A stretch of DNA of 29,200 bases from an uncultured Lacinutrix sp. (GTDB lineage Bacteria > Bacteroidota > Bacteroidia > Flavobacteriales > Flavobacteriaceae). The notes under the pieces were generated by a model, which saw only the letters and a list, made by a program, of their open reading frames with translations, had not been told where the DNA came from and did not search any database. The translations under genes and the position numbers were made by a program. Where the stretch lies: positions 1 to 29,200 of the forward strand of contig CAZRDG010000001.1 in NCBI GenBank assembly GCA_964598775.1, read 5' to 3'. This document shows positions 1 through 9,373 of the stretch, piece after piece (the first letter of the stretch is position 1; the number at the start of each line of letters is the position of its first letter).

Positions 1-720
1 CAAATGGAATCGGTTGAAGAAAAGGATGATATCGATAGTGAAATTCAAATTTTTCAAAATGCTTTAGAGTTTTCAGACGTAAAAGCTCGCGAAGTTATGA
101 TTCCTAGAACTGAATTGGAAGCTGTTGAAATTCACGATTCGGTAAAATCATTAAACGAATTGTTTACAGCAACTGGGTATTCCAAAATTCTAGTATATAA
201 AACCACCATTGATGATATTTTAGGTTATGTACATTCTTTTGATTTGTTCAAAAAACCTAAAACGATAAAGTCTATAGTGATGCCGGTTGAGTTTGTGCCA
301 GAAACCATGTTGGTAAAAGACATCCTAAATATATTAATTAGAAAGCGTAAAAGCATCGCAGTTGTTTTAGATGAATACGGTGGAACTTCGGGAATCATTA
401 CTGTTGAAGATATTGTTGAAGAATTGGTTGGCGAAATTGAAGATGAGCATGATAGTATTGAGTTACTTGAAGAGCAAATAGACCATAAAAATTATAAATT
501 TTCAGCGCGTTTAGAGGTTGACTATCTCAACGAAACATATAAACTTGATCTTCCTGAAAGTGAAAATTATGAAACCTTAGGAGGAATGATTGTAAACTTT
601 ACAGAAGGGATACCAGAGCAAAATGCAGAAGTGAAATTAAATAAATTTCTATTTAAAATATTAGAAGTTTCAACCACCAAAATAGACCTCGTTTCTTTAG
701 AAATACTCGATGATGAGTAA
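1..720 (+). CDS. Hemolysin-family / CorC-HlyC (CNNM-like) protein with tandem CBS and CorC_HlyC domains; 5' part lies outside the window
   Basis: Frame is open from base 1. It carries AREVMIPRT, the CBS-pair motifs YSKILVY and AVVLDEYGGTSGIITVEDIVEELVGEIEDEHD, and the C-terminal CorC_HlyC motif YETLGG. The membrane DUF21 part is absent, so the ATG at 4 is probably internal. Confidence 0.9.
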   Translation, partial: QMESVEEKDDIDSEIQIFQNALEFSDVKAREVMIPRTELEAVEIHDSVKSLNELFTATGYSKILVYKTTIDDILGYVHSFDLFKKPKTIKSIVMPVEFVPETMLVKDILNILIRKRKSIAVVLDEYGGTSGIITVEDIVEELVGEIEDEHDSIELLEEQIDHKNYKFSARLEVDYLNETYKLDLPESENYETLGGMIVNFTEGIPEQNAEVKLNKFLFKILEVSTTKIDLVSLEILDDE

Positions 721-779
721 TTTTCCCACAAGAACCAAATTAATACGATAAAGGGCTTTTATAATTTAATAGAAAATGG

Positions 780-787
780 TATTTTCG
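780..787 (+). promoter_or_regulatory. Putative Bacteroidota housekeeping -7 promoter element (TATTTTCG) for the PpiD-like gene
   Basis: One mismatch to TAnnTTTG, about 31 nt before the ATG at 819. Confidence 0.45.
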
Positions 788-818
788 CCCACTATATTTA
801 ATAAAATTAATAAAATCA

Positions 819-2969
819 ATGGCAATTTTAAATAAAATAAGACAACGCTCACTTTTCTTAATATTAGTTATCGCGTTAGCACTTTTTTCATTTGTATTAG
901 CAGACTTGTTTAAAAACAGTAGTGGCTTTTCAAGTAAATCACAAAATGTTGTAGCAACCATAAACGGTGTTGATATAGATCGTGATGAGTTTATGAATAG
1001 AGTAGAAAATGCTCAAAGACAGTATGGTAACTCTATGTCTAGCACTCAAGCCATGAACACAGTTTGGGATCAAGAGGTTAGAAAGGCTGTATTTGAAGCA
1101 CAATATGAAGAATTGGGCTTAACTGTTGAAAGAGATTATATTAGAAATTTACTAAGTCAAAGTCTTGGTGGTTTTGAAGAGTTTAAAAACGATGCTGGTG
1201 CTTTTGATGAAAATAAATTGAATGAGTTTATAGCTAATCTTAAAGCTATTGAACCTGAAACTGCTTTATTAAACGGCTCACCAATTAACTATGAGGCCTG
1301 GACTAATTTTGAAGCTAATATTGCAGCTACAGGAAAAGAACAAATGTACACCAATATGGTGAGAGCTGGATTGATTGGTACTTTGGCAGATGGTGAATTA
1401 GACTATAAGCTTGAAAATGACAATGTTGATATTAGATTTGTTCAAATTCCATTTGCTTCAATACCTGATAGTACAATTACTGTAAGTCAAAGTGATATCA
1501 AGGCTTATGTGAACAAAAACAAAGAAAAGTATGAAGTTGATGAATCAAGAGATATGTTCTTTGTTCAGTTTAAAGAAGAACCATCTTTAGAAGATGAGGA
1601 GGCTGTAAAAAATGAAGTAATTTCATTAATTAATGGAAAAGTTGATAACCCGACAACTACAGAAATTGATGAAACTGAAATAGGATTTAAAGACACCAAA
1701 GATGAATCAACATTTTTAGCTGAACACTCAGCAGTAAAGTTGTATGATGGTTTCGTGTTTAAAAGTGCATTGCCAGCTACAATAGCTGATACTGTTTATA
1801 AAATGAATATTGGTGATGTTTATGGTCCTTATAAAGATGCAAATTTTTATAAAGCAACAAAGTTAATTGAGACAAAGCAGGTGCCAGATTCGGCTAAAGT
1901 TAGACATATATTAATTCCATTTGTTGGAGCAACAAGAGTTGATGCTGCAGTAACTAAGACTGATGCTGAAGCTAAGAAAACGGCAGATAGTATTTATGCT
2001 GCAATCAGAGCAAATCGTTCAAAATTTAAAGCTTTATTAGATTTGTCATCGGATAAAGTAAGTAATGAAAATGACGGAGAAATCGAATTTGCATTCACCG
2101 ATAGTTATGCACCTGAGTTTAGAGACTTTTCTTTTGAAAATAAAGTTGGAGATTTACAGGTTGTAAAAACTGCTTTTGGTTATCACATTATTGAAATATT
2201 AAGTCAAGGGGAAAGACAAAAAGCAGTTAAAGTTGGAAATCTATCATTACCAATTGAGCCATCGGAGCAAACGATTGATGATGTTTACAATAGAACGTCA
2301 AAATTTGAAATTGCTGTTACTAATGGCGTTTTTCAGGATGTGGCACAAGAAAGCGGCTATGCGGTAAAACCAGTTAGTAATATCAAAGAATTAGATGAGT
2401 CTATACCTGGTTTGGGTTCACAACGTGCTATGGTGCGTTGGGCTTTTGAAGATGGTGTAAAAGTAGGCAGTGTTAAGCGTTTCAATATTCAAGGTGGTGG
2501 TTATGCAGTTGCAGTTGTGACTGCAATTAATAAAAAAGGATTAATGACACCTGAGAAAGCTTCAGTTACTGCTTTACCTGCGATAAGAAAAGAAAAGAAA
2601 GCAGCCTTAATTAAAGAACGAGTATCTGGAAACACATTGGAAGAGGTTTCAGCTAGTGAGGGTCAAACTATTAAAACAGCTGCTGCTGTTAATATGAAAA
2701 ATCCAACCTTATCTGGAGCTGGTAGAGAACCTTATATTGTAGGTGCAGCATTTGGACTTCAAGAAGGTCAAACATCTAAATTACTATCAGGTAATTTAGG
2801 GATGTATATGATTCAAGTTACCAAAATCAATTATGCTGCTGAATTGCCTAGCTATCAAGCCGCTGCCAATAGAGTTTCAACAGCAAAATCAAGTAACGTA
2901 AGTACTGTGTTGTTTAATGCGTTAAGAGAATCTGCAAAAATAGAAGACAACAGAGCTACATTTTACTAG
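819..2969 (+). CDS. PpiD-like membrane-anchored periplasmic chaperone / peptidylprolyl isomerase (SurA N-terminal plus parvulin domain)
   Basis: 716 aa. N-terminal anchor MAILNKIRQRSLFLILVIALALFSF, parvulin motifs AKVRHILIP and VKTAFGYHIIEI. Confidence 0.88.
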   Translation: MAILNKIRQRSLFLILVIALALFSFVLADLFKNSSGFSSKSQNVVATINGVDIDRDEFMNRVENAQRQYGNSMSSTQAMNTVWDQEVRKAVFEAQYEELGLTVERDYIRNLLSQSLGGFEEFKNDAGAFDENKLNEFIANLKAIEPETALLNGSPINYEAWTNFEANIAATGKEQMYTNMVRAGLIGTLADGELDYKLENDNVDIRFVQIPFASIPDSTITVSQSDIKAYVNKNKEKYEVDESRDMFFVQFKEEPSLEDEEAVKNEVISLINGKVDNPTTTEIDETEIGFKDTKDESTFLAEHSAVKLYDGFVFKSALPATIADTVYKMNIGDVYGPYKDANFYKATKLIETKQVPDSAKVRHILIPFVGATRVDAAVTKTDAEAKKTADSIYAAIRANRSKFKALLDLSSDKVSNENDGEIEFAFTDSYAPEFRDFSFENKVGDLQVVKTAFGYHIIEILSQGERQKAVKVGNLSLPIEPSEQTIDDVYNRTSKFEIAVTNGVFQDVAQESGYAVKPVSNIKELDESIPGLGSQRAMVRWAFEDGVKVGSVKRFNIQGGGYAVAVVTAINKKGLMTPEKASVTALPAIRKEKKAALIKERVSGNTLEEVSASEGQTIKTAAAVNMKNPTLSGAGREPYIVGAAFGLQEGQTSKLLSGNLGMYMIQVTKINYAAELPSYQAAANRVSTAKSSNVSTVLFNALRESAKIEDNRATFY

Positions 2970-2996
2970 TAGTTAGTATAATGAATAAGAATATTG

Positions 2997-3024
2997 AAAG
3001 AGCCTTTTTTAAGGCTCTTTTTTT
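2997..3024. terminator. Intrinsic terminator between convergent genes, likely bidirectional
   Basis: Perfect 10-bp stem AAAGAGCCTT-TTTT-AAGGCTCTTT followed by a T run. Confidence 0.85.
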
Positions 3025-3934
3025 ATAGTATCATCTCATTGTAAGGAATAATGGTTTGGTAGCCTTTATTTTTAAAGTAGGACATGTCATCAGGACTACC
3101 AGTGGCCAAAACAAAATCGCCTCCCCAAGCTCCGAGACTTTTAATAGCTTTAGAATAATCTGGAAATAATGCTAATTTTACCGTAGGTAAATTAATGAGT
3201 TTGGATATAATCTGCTCATGTGCAGAGATTAGGGTTTCGAATTCTGAAATGGACAAACAATTTATTATACTATCAGTTATTGAATTAATCTCCTTGATAA
3301 TGGATAGAACATTCTGTTTATTTGTTTTATAGTGCTCTATACCATGTCTGCTATTTTGCTTTTGGTTTAAATGCACAAAAAACAGCTCATTCTTAAAACG
3401 TGGATTAAATGAGATAGAATTTACAGTTCTTGTTTTATCTAGATTGTTTTGATATGTAATTGGATTGTTACATTGAGCACAAGCAATATCATAACCACTG
3501 CCACCAAATGTAAGTTCTAACAGTTGATAAGCATCAACATTGGCCCAATTGGCAATATTGTTAATTAATGTTGAAGAGCTTCCTAATCCCCAATTATTTG
3601 GAAAATCAAGCTTGGCTGTCACCTTAAATCCACTATCATTTTTTAAAAATTCTGAATTTAATTGTTTGGCAGAATGCAATATCTCAATGACTCTTTTCTC
3701 AAGGTCACTGGAAGGATTTGAAAAATCCGAAGCAATCTTTTCAAGAATTATTAAGGCTTCAAACCAAATTTCTCCTTTATGGTCAATACTTTTCCAATTC
3801 AGTTGAGGTTTATCAAAGGGTTCAACCGTTAAACTCTGGCCATATTTTGTAGGCAAAGCCAAAGCATTTGCACCATCAAGCACAACATATTCAGCGGTTA
3901 ATAATAACTTTCCGTTACTTCTATAAGTGGTCAC
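3023..3934 (-). CDS. GYDIA-type GHMP kinase, probable mevalonate-pathway kinase
   Basis: GHMP motifs GKLLLTAEY, FPNNWGLGSSS, GGSGYDIA and KSLGAWGGDF. GTG start overlaps the HMG-CoA reductase TAG stop by 1 nt. Confidence 0.88.
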   Translation of the reverse strand: MTTYRSNGKLLLTAEYVVLDGANALALPTKYGQSLTVEPFDKPQLNWKSIDHKGEIWFEALIILEKIASDFSNPSSDLEKRVIEILHSAKQLNSEFLKNDSGFKVTAKLDFPNNWGLGSSSTLINNIANWANVDAYQLLELTFGGSGYDIACAQCNNPITYQNNLDKTRTVNSISFNPRFKNELFFVHLNQKQNSRHGIEHYKTNKQNVLSIIKEINSITDSIINCLSISEFETLISAHEQIISKLINLPTVKLALFPDYSKAIKSLGAWGGDFVLATGSPDDMSYFKNKGYQTIIPYNEMIL

Positions 3935-5244
3935 TATTGTCTTAGTTTTTCAATGGCATCAACAACGGCATTATGAGTCACAACATTGGTTTTAAAATGT
4001 TCAACAAGCACCTTTTTTTCTTGTTTGTTTGCATTGTATTGATTTAAAATATTCATTAAATGCATTTTCATGTGCCCTTGCTGTATTCCAGTTGTAGTTA
4101 GTGATCTAAGAGCTGCAAAATTTTGTGCTAATCCAGCTACGGCAACAATTTGCATCAGTTCTTTTGCACTAGGTTTTCCCAAAAGTTCTAAAGATAATTT
4201 TACCAAAGGATGTAAATTTGTAAGCCCTCCAACAGTACCTAATGCCAACGGAATTTCCATCCAAAATTTAAAAACACCGTCTTCAACAGAGGCATGTGTT
4301 AAACTTGTGTATCTACCATTTTTTGTTGCATAAGCGTGAACTCCGGCTTCCACAGCTCTAAAATCATTTCCAGTGGCTAGCACTACGGCATCAATTCCAT
4401 TCATAATGCCTTTGTTATGCGTGACTGCTCTGTATGGTTCAACTTCTGCTATTTGTATAGCTTGCAAGAATTTGTTTGCAAAGTCTTCAGGTGAAATATT
4501 TTCTGATTCATTGAGTTCAGATACCTTACAACTCACTTCTGCTCGTGCCAGACAATTGGGAACATAATTGGATAAAATACTCATCACAATTTCAAGATCA
4601 TCAGAATTAAAATTCTCAAAACCATTAGCATTGTCTTTAAACGTCTTTGCAAATTGTTCTAAACAAGAGTTTATAAAATTGGCTCCCATGGCATCTTGAG
4701 TTTCAAAGGAAGCATGAAGCTGATAATAGTTGTTTAAAGAACTTGTTTTATCAATGAGTTCAATATCTAAAATACCTCCACCACGTTTTTCCATATTTTT
4801 GGTGATCGACTTGGTATCTGAAATCAATTTTGGTTTAATGAAATCAAAATAAGATTTGAGGAGTTCAACATGGCCTTCGTACATAAAATGGACTTGACCA
4901 ATTTTGGTCGTCGAAATCACTTCGGCTTTAAAACCACCTCTATCCAACCAAAACTTGGCAGCTTTACTTGCCGCAGCAACTACAGAGCTTTCCTCAATTG
5001 CCATTGGTATGGTGTAGTGCTTCCCATTAATTAAAAAATTAGGAGCAACACCAAGTGGTAAATAATAATTGGTAATTGTGTTCTCAATAAATTCATCATG
5101 TAAACTTTGAAGTTTGTCATTTGAATTCCAATATTGTTTTAATATGGACTTAGCATCCTTGTTATTAGAAAAATAGGTATCTACAATCCAATTTATTTTA
5201 TCGGATTTAGACAGTTTAGAAAAACCAGAAACGTATTTAGCCAT
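3934..5244 (-). CDS. mvaA: Hydroxymethylglutaryl-CoA reductase, class II ('degradative' type)
   Basis: Motifs IENTI, PMAIEESSVVAA, DAMGAN, THNKGIMNG and GHMKMH; 436 aa. Confidence 0.95.
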   Translation of the reverse strand: MAKYVSGFSKLSKSDKINWIVDTYFSNNKDAKSILKQYWNSNDKLQSLHDEFIENTITNYYLPLGVAPNFLINGKHYTIPMAIEESSVVAAASKAAKFWLDRGGFKAEVISTTKIGQVHFMYEGHVELLKSYFDFIKPKLISDTKSITKNMEKRGGGILDIELIDKTSSLNNYYQLHASFETQDAMGANFINSCLEQFAKTFKDNANGFENFNSDDLEIVMSILSNYVPNCLARAEVSCKVSELNESENISPEDFANKFLQAIQIAEVEPYRAVTHNKGIMNGIDAVVLATGNDFRAVEAGVHAYATKNGRYTSLTHASVEDGVFKFWMEIPLALGTVGGLTNLHPLVKLSLELLGKPSAKELMQIVAVAGLAQNFAALRSLTTTGIQQGHMKMHLMNILNQYNANKQEKKVLVEHFKTNVVTHNAVVDAIEKLRQ

Positions 5245-5263
5245 GAAATAATTTAATAATGTG

Positions 5264-5271
5264 CAAAGATA
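5264..5271 (-). promoter_or_regulatory. Bacteroidota -7 element TATCTTTG for mvaA and the GHMP kinase
   Basis: Exact TAnnTTTG on the minus strand, 19 nt upstream of the ATG at 5244. Confidence 0.7.
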
Positions 5272-5412
5272 CTATTCTTGTAGCATAACTCCTTAAATTG
5301 TTAAAATCTTGAGCAATTTATCTGGTTTCTGTGTAGAATGAATAAAAATGGTTGTAATAATCAATGCGTTTTTTTACATTGCAGCAACAATAAGGCGAAC
5401 TTATTTTAACTT

Positions 5413-5490
5413 ATGAAACGAATACTCTTAATAAATGACAGCACTTTAGTCTTGCGTTATTCGTTTTTCAATCACAATCAAACTAATTAA
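5413..5490 (+). CDS. Possible 25-aa upstream ORF (MKRILLINDSTLVLRYSFFNHNQTN) in the POT leader
   Basis: ATG at 5413 to TAA at 5488-5490 after an AT-rich stretch. Short enough to be chance. Confidence 0.25.
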   Translation: MKRILLINDSTLVLRYSFFNHNQTN

Positions 5491-5512
5491 ACTATAACTA
5501 ATAACTATTATT

Positions 5513-6898
5513 ATGGCAAATTCAGCTACAATGAAACAAAAAGAATTATTTGGACATCCAGTTGGACTCTATGTTCTATTTTTTACCGAAATGTGGGAAC
5601 GTTTTTCCTATTATGGAATGCGTGCAATTTTAGTGCTTTATTTAGTAGCAGCCACTACTGATGGTAATGCAGGTTTAGGATGGTCAAATGGAGACGCCTT
5701 AGCATTATATGGCTGGTATACGATGTTGGTATATGTCGCATCAATTCCAGGAGGTTGGATTGCTGACAAATTTTTAGGTCAAAAGAAATCAGTTTTATAT
5801 GGTGGAATTCTTTTAGTTGCTGGTCATAGTATTTTGGCTGTTGAACAAATGTGGGCATTTTACTCAGGATTAGGTTTAATTATTGCTGGTGTAGGAATGC
5901 TAAAACCCAACATTTCAACTATGGTTGGAGGTCTATATAAACAAGGAGATATTAGAAGAGATAAAGGGTTTACAATATTTTATATTGGTATTAATTTAGG
6001 AGCATTTCTAGCAGCGTTAATTGTTGGTTATGTAGGAGAAACTTATGGATGGCATTATGGTTTTGGACTTGCTGGTATTGGTATGGCAGCAGGACTTGTA
6101 CAGTATTTAGCTGGACAAAAACACTTGAAACATGTTGGAAACTTCTTAGGAACTTCAACAAACGAAGTTGACAAAGAGGCAATGAGAAAACCATTATCCA
6201 AAATTGAAAAAGATAGAGTAGTTGTTCTTTTCGTTTCGTTCCTGTTGGTTATTGTGTTTTGGGGAGCTTTTGAACAAGCAGGTGGGTTAATGAATATTTA
6301 TGCCTCAGAAAAAACCGATAGAATGTTAATGGGTTGGGAAGTACCAGCATCTTGGTTTCAATCCTTAAATGCAATGTTTATTATTTTCTTAGGAACCACA
6401 GTTGCAGCCTATTGGGCAAATAGAAAATTAAAAGGAAAAGTATCTACTTCATTATTTAAAATGATCATTGGATTAATAATAATGGGAACAGGATTTTTCT
6501 TTATGACTGCAGCTGCAGGTCAATATGAGAGCAATGGTTCTTCAGCTATGTACTGGTTAGTATTAGCATATTTATTCCATACAGTAGGTGAACTATGTAT
6601 TTCTCCAGTTGCCTTATCTTATATTACTAAACTTGCTCCATTAAAATATGCATCACTAATGATGGGTGTTTATTTTGCAATGACAGGTTTTGGAAATAAA
6701 CTTGCAGGTTTATTAGGTGAAGCTTCTGAAAGTTTAGGCGAGTATACAATCTTTACAGGAATAGCAGTATTTTGCGTTGTTTTTGGAGGATTAGTCATGT
6801 TATTTAGAAAGAAATTAGAGGCGTTAACTCATGGTGCAGAAGATAATGAAAGAACCATGAATGAAGAAGCTGAAGGCTTTGAGTTAGCTGATAACTAA
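5513..6898 (+). CDS. Proton-dependent oligopeptide transporter (POT/PTR, MFS)
   Basis: ExxERFxYY motif (EMWERFSYYG), PTR2 motif GGWIADKFLG, GMLKPN, and GELCISP; 461 aa. Confidence 0.95.
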   Translation: MANSATMKQKELFGHPVGLYVLFFTEMWERFSYYGMRAILVLYLVAATTDGNAGLGWSNGDALALYGWYTMLVYVASIPGGWIADKFLGQKKSVLYGGILLVAGHSILAVEQMWAFYSGLGLIIAGVGMLKPNISTMVGGLYKQGDIRRDKGFTIFYIGINLGAFLAALIVGYVGETYGWHYGFGLAGIGMAAGLVQYLAGQKHLKHVGNFLGTSTNEVDKEAMRKPLSKIEKDRVVVLFVSFLLVIVFWGAFEQAGGLMNIYASEKTDRMLMGWEVPASWFQSLNAMFIIFLGTTVAAYWANRKLKGKVSTSLFKMIIGLIIMGTGFFFMTAAAGQYESNGSSAMYWLVLAYLFHTVGELCISPVALSYITKLAPLKYASLMMGVYFAMTGFGNKLAGLLGEASESLGEYTIFTGIAVFCVVFGGLVMLFRKKLEALTHGAEDNERTMNEEAEGFELADN

Positions 6899-6914
6899 TC
6901 TAAATAAAAGCATC

Positions 6915-8726
6915 ATGAGTGATACTTCAACAGAACAGTTTTTTAAGAGCACAGTTTTAGGTCATCCATCAGGATTATTTGTACTGTTTTTTACCGAAAT
7001 GTGGGAACGATTTTCTTATTACGGAATGCGTGCCTTGCTAGTGTTATTTTTTACAGCTTCTATTATGGACGAAGGTTGGGGCTGGCCAAGAGAACATGCC
7101 TTAGCTTTATTTGGAACATATACTGGTTTAGTGTATTTATCTACGATGCTCGGAGGCTATTTTGCCGATAAGATTATTGGCTATCGCTATGCAGTTGCTG
7201 TCGGTGCCTTACTCATGACTTTAGGTCATGCTTGCATGGCATTAGAAACTCAATTCTTTATTTATACTGGACTTACACTATTGGTGTTTGGAAGTGGTTT
7301 CTTTAAGCCAAATATGACTTCAATTATTTCTGAAATGTATAAAAACCACGAGCATAAAAAAGATGGTGCTTATACCATTTTTTACATGGGAGTTAATGCT
7401 GGTGCATTTTTAGGTATTTTGCTATGTGGTTATTTGGGTGAAAAAGTTGGTTGGAGTATAGGATTCGGATTGGCTGGAATTTTCATGCTATTTGGATTAC
7501 TTCAATTTTGGTTTTCTCAAAATATTTTTGGAAATATAGGTCTAAAACCTACGGCTGAATCTAAAGCTGCTCAATTACAAAATGACACAGATAAAAGAAA
7601 TCCATTTACCACTTGGCAAAAGGTGTTAGTAGCCTTATCCTGTTTATTAGGATTATTGTGGTTAATTAATTCACCTGCGTCTAAAATATCTGGTGATAGC
7701 TTTAATATGTTTCGATTTGAAATAGGTGGCATTGGTGGAAATGATATCGCTATTCTATCAGCCTTTGCCATGTTTATTGTTTTATTGGTTTACAGATTAA
7801 CTCAATATTCAAAAATCACAAGAGATAAAATGATAGCTATTGCTTTCTTTTGCTTCTTAATTATATTTTTCTGGGGGATTTTTGAACAAGCACCAGGAAC
7901 ACTAACAATTTTTGCAAGCGATTATACTAATAGAGTACTAACAGGGAATGCAAGTTTAACATTTTTAATAGTTAATTCTTTAGTTGCCATTGTTCCTTTG
8001 GCAATTATCAACTGGGTATTATTGCAGCTGTTTAAACAAACCTTTAAAAAATACGGTTTGGCCAATGTTATTTTGGCAATAAGTTTTGTGATTATTTGGA
8101 TTATCACTTTATGGATGCTTACCAATGAGTGGTATAAGGCAGGATTTGTTGAATTGTCAGATGGATTCAGAGAGTTTTTATTGATTGAAGAAAGTTTAGA
8201 GCCTTTGACTGAAGTTCCAGCGTCGTGGTTTGGTGTATTGAATTCACTTTATATCATTACGTTTGCACCATTATTTTCGAAATGGTGGGAAAGTAAATAT
8301 AATCCAACAGCCAATATGAAGTATGCCATTGGAATGTTCTTATTAGCTTTAGGAATGGCTTGTGTGGCCTTTGGTGCTGGTGGTATTGATGCAGGAGCGA
8401 AAACTGCTTCTGTAAGTATGATTTGGCTCATTCTTGTTTATCTGTTTCATACACTTGGTGAACTATGTATTTCTCCAGTTGCGTTGTCATTGGTGAGTAA
8501 GTTATCACCAGCTAGAATGATTGCTTTTATGTTTGGAGTATATTATTTAGCGGTTGCAATAGGAATGAAATTAGCAGGTGTCTTTGGTGAAAATGTTGAT
8601 AAAATTGCAGACGAAAAAGGCATCAGTTACTTTTTCTGGATGTTAACTCTAATTGCAGCTATTTTAGGTGTATTCTCAATGGTGATGCAACCTGTGATCA
8701 GAAAACGCATGCATGGTGTCAGATAA
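6915..8726 (+). CDS. Second POT/PTR peptide transporter, enlarged by extra hydrophobic segments
   Basis: EMWERFSYYG, GGYFADKIIG, GFFKPN and GELCISP; 603 aa; starts 16 nt after the first POT. Confidence 0.93.
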   Translation: MSDTSTEQFFKSTVLGHPSGLFVLFFTEMWERFSYYGMRALLVLFFTASIMDEGWGWPREHALALFGTYTGLVYLSTMLGGYFADKIIGYRYAVAVGALLMTLGHACMALETQFFIYTGLTLLVFGSGFFKPNMTSIISEMYKNHEHKKDGAYTIFYMGVNAGAFLGILLCGYLGEKVGWSIGFGLAGIFMLFGLLQFWFSQNIFGNIGLKPTAESKAAQLQNDTDKRNPFTTWQKVLVALSCLLGLLWLINSPASKISGDSFNMFRFEIGGIGGNDIAILSAFAMFIVLLVYRLTQYSKITRDKMIAIAFFCFLIIFFWGIFEQAPGTLTIFASDYTNRVLTGNASLTFLIVNSLVAIVPLAIINWVLLQLFKQTFKKYGLANVILAISFVIIWIITLWMLTNEWYKAGFVELSDGFREFLLIEESLEPLTEVPASWFGVLNSLYIITFAPLFSKWWESKYNPTANMKYAIGMFLLALGMACVAFGAGGIDAGAKTASVSMIWLILVYLFHTLGELCISPVALSLVSKLSPARMIAFMFGVYYLAVAIGMKLAGVFGENVDKIADEKGISYFFWMLTLIAAILGVFSMVMQPVIRKRMHGVR

Positions 8727-8751
8727 ACGATAAATTCGTTAAAATAAACGT

Positions 8752-8779
8752 AAAACGCTCCACTTTGGGGCGTTTTTTT
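8752..8779 (+). terminator. Intrinsic terminator of the POT operon
   Basis: AAAACGCTCC-ACTTT-GGGGCGTTTT stem (one G-U pair) followed by a T run. Confidence 0.8.
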
Positions 8780-8784
8780 GTATT

Positions 8785-8800
8785 TTGGCATACATTTCGC
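8785..8800 (+). promoter_or_regulatory. Putative sigma-54 (-24/-12) promoter of the thioredoxin-like gene
   Basis: TTGGCATACATTTCGC has exact GG-N10-GC spacing (GG 8787-8788, GC 8799-8800), 26 nt before the ATG. It also overlaps a weak -7-like TACATTTC. Confidence 0.5.
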
Positions 8801-8826
8801 CCTAAGTTGAACAAAAGCCCAAAGAA

Positions 8827-9372
8827 ATGAGAACATACTTATTCATACTTGCATTAGCCTTTACTGGCTTTATAAGTGCACAAGAAATCAATTGGATGAC
8901 ACTTGAAGAAGCTGTTGCTATGCAAAAGAAAAATCCTAAAAAAATCATGATGGATGTTTACACCAATTGGTGTGGACCTTGCAAATTACTTGACAAAAAT
9001 ACCTTTCAAAATAAAGATGTCGCCGATTATGTTAATAAGCATTACTATGCTGTTAAGTTTAATGGCGAAGGTAACGATGTTATAAAATTTAATGGTAAGG
9101 AGTTTAAAAATGCTGGTTATAATCCAGCCTTAGCCAATAGAAGAAATAGTCCTCATGACTTAACTCGATATTTTAAAGTAAATGCATATCCAACAATGGT
9201 ATTTATTGACGAACAAGGCGGTTTTATTTTTCCATTAAGAGGTTATAAAACACCACAGCAATTAGAATTGTACTTGAAAATGTTCAAAAACGACGACCAT
9301 AAGGATATGAAAACTCAAGAAGCTTTCAATGAATATTACAAAGCTTTTAAACCTGAATTTGTACAAAAATAA
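8827..9372 (+). CDS. Exported thioredoxin-family protein (Thioredoxin_7/DUF255-like)
   Basis: Signal peptide MRTYLFILALAFTGFISAQ; YTNWCGPCK active site; cis-Pro-type motif AYPTMVF. Confidence 0.88.
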   Translation: MRTYLFILALAFTGFISAQEINWMTLEEAVAMQKKNPKKIMMDVYTNWCGPCKLLDKNTFQNKDVADYVNKHYYAVKFNGEGNDVIKFNGKEFKNAGYNPALANRRNSPHDLTRYFKVNAYPTMVFIDEQGGFIFPLRGYKTPQQLELYLKMFKNDDHKDMKTQEAFNEYYKAFKPEFVQK

Positions 9373-9373
9373 T

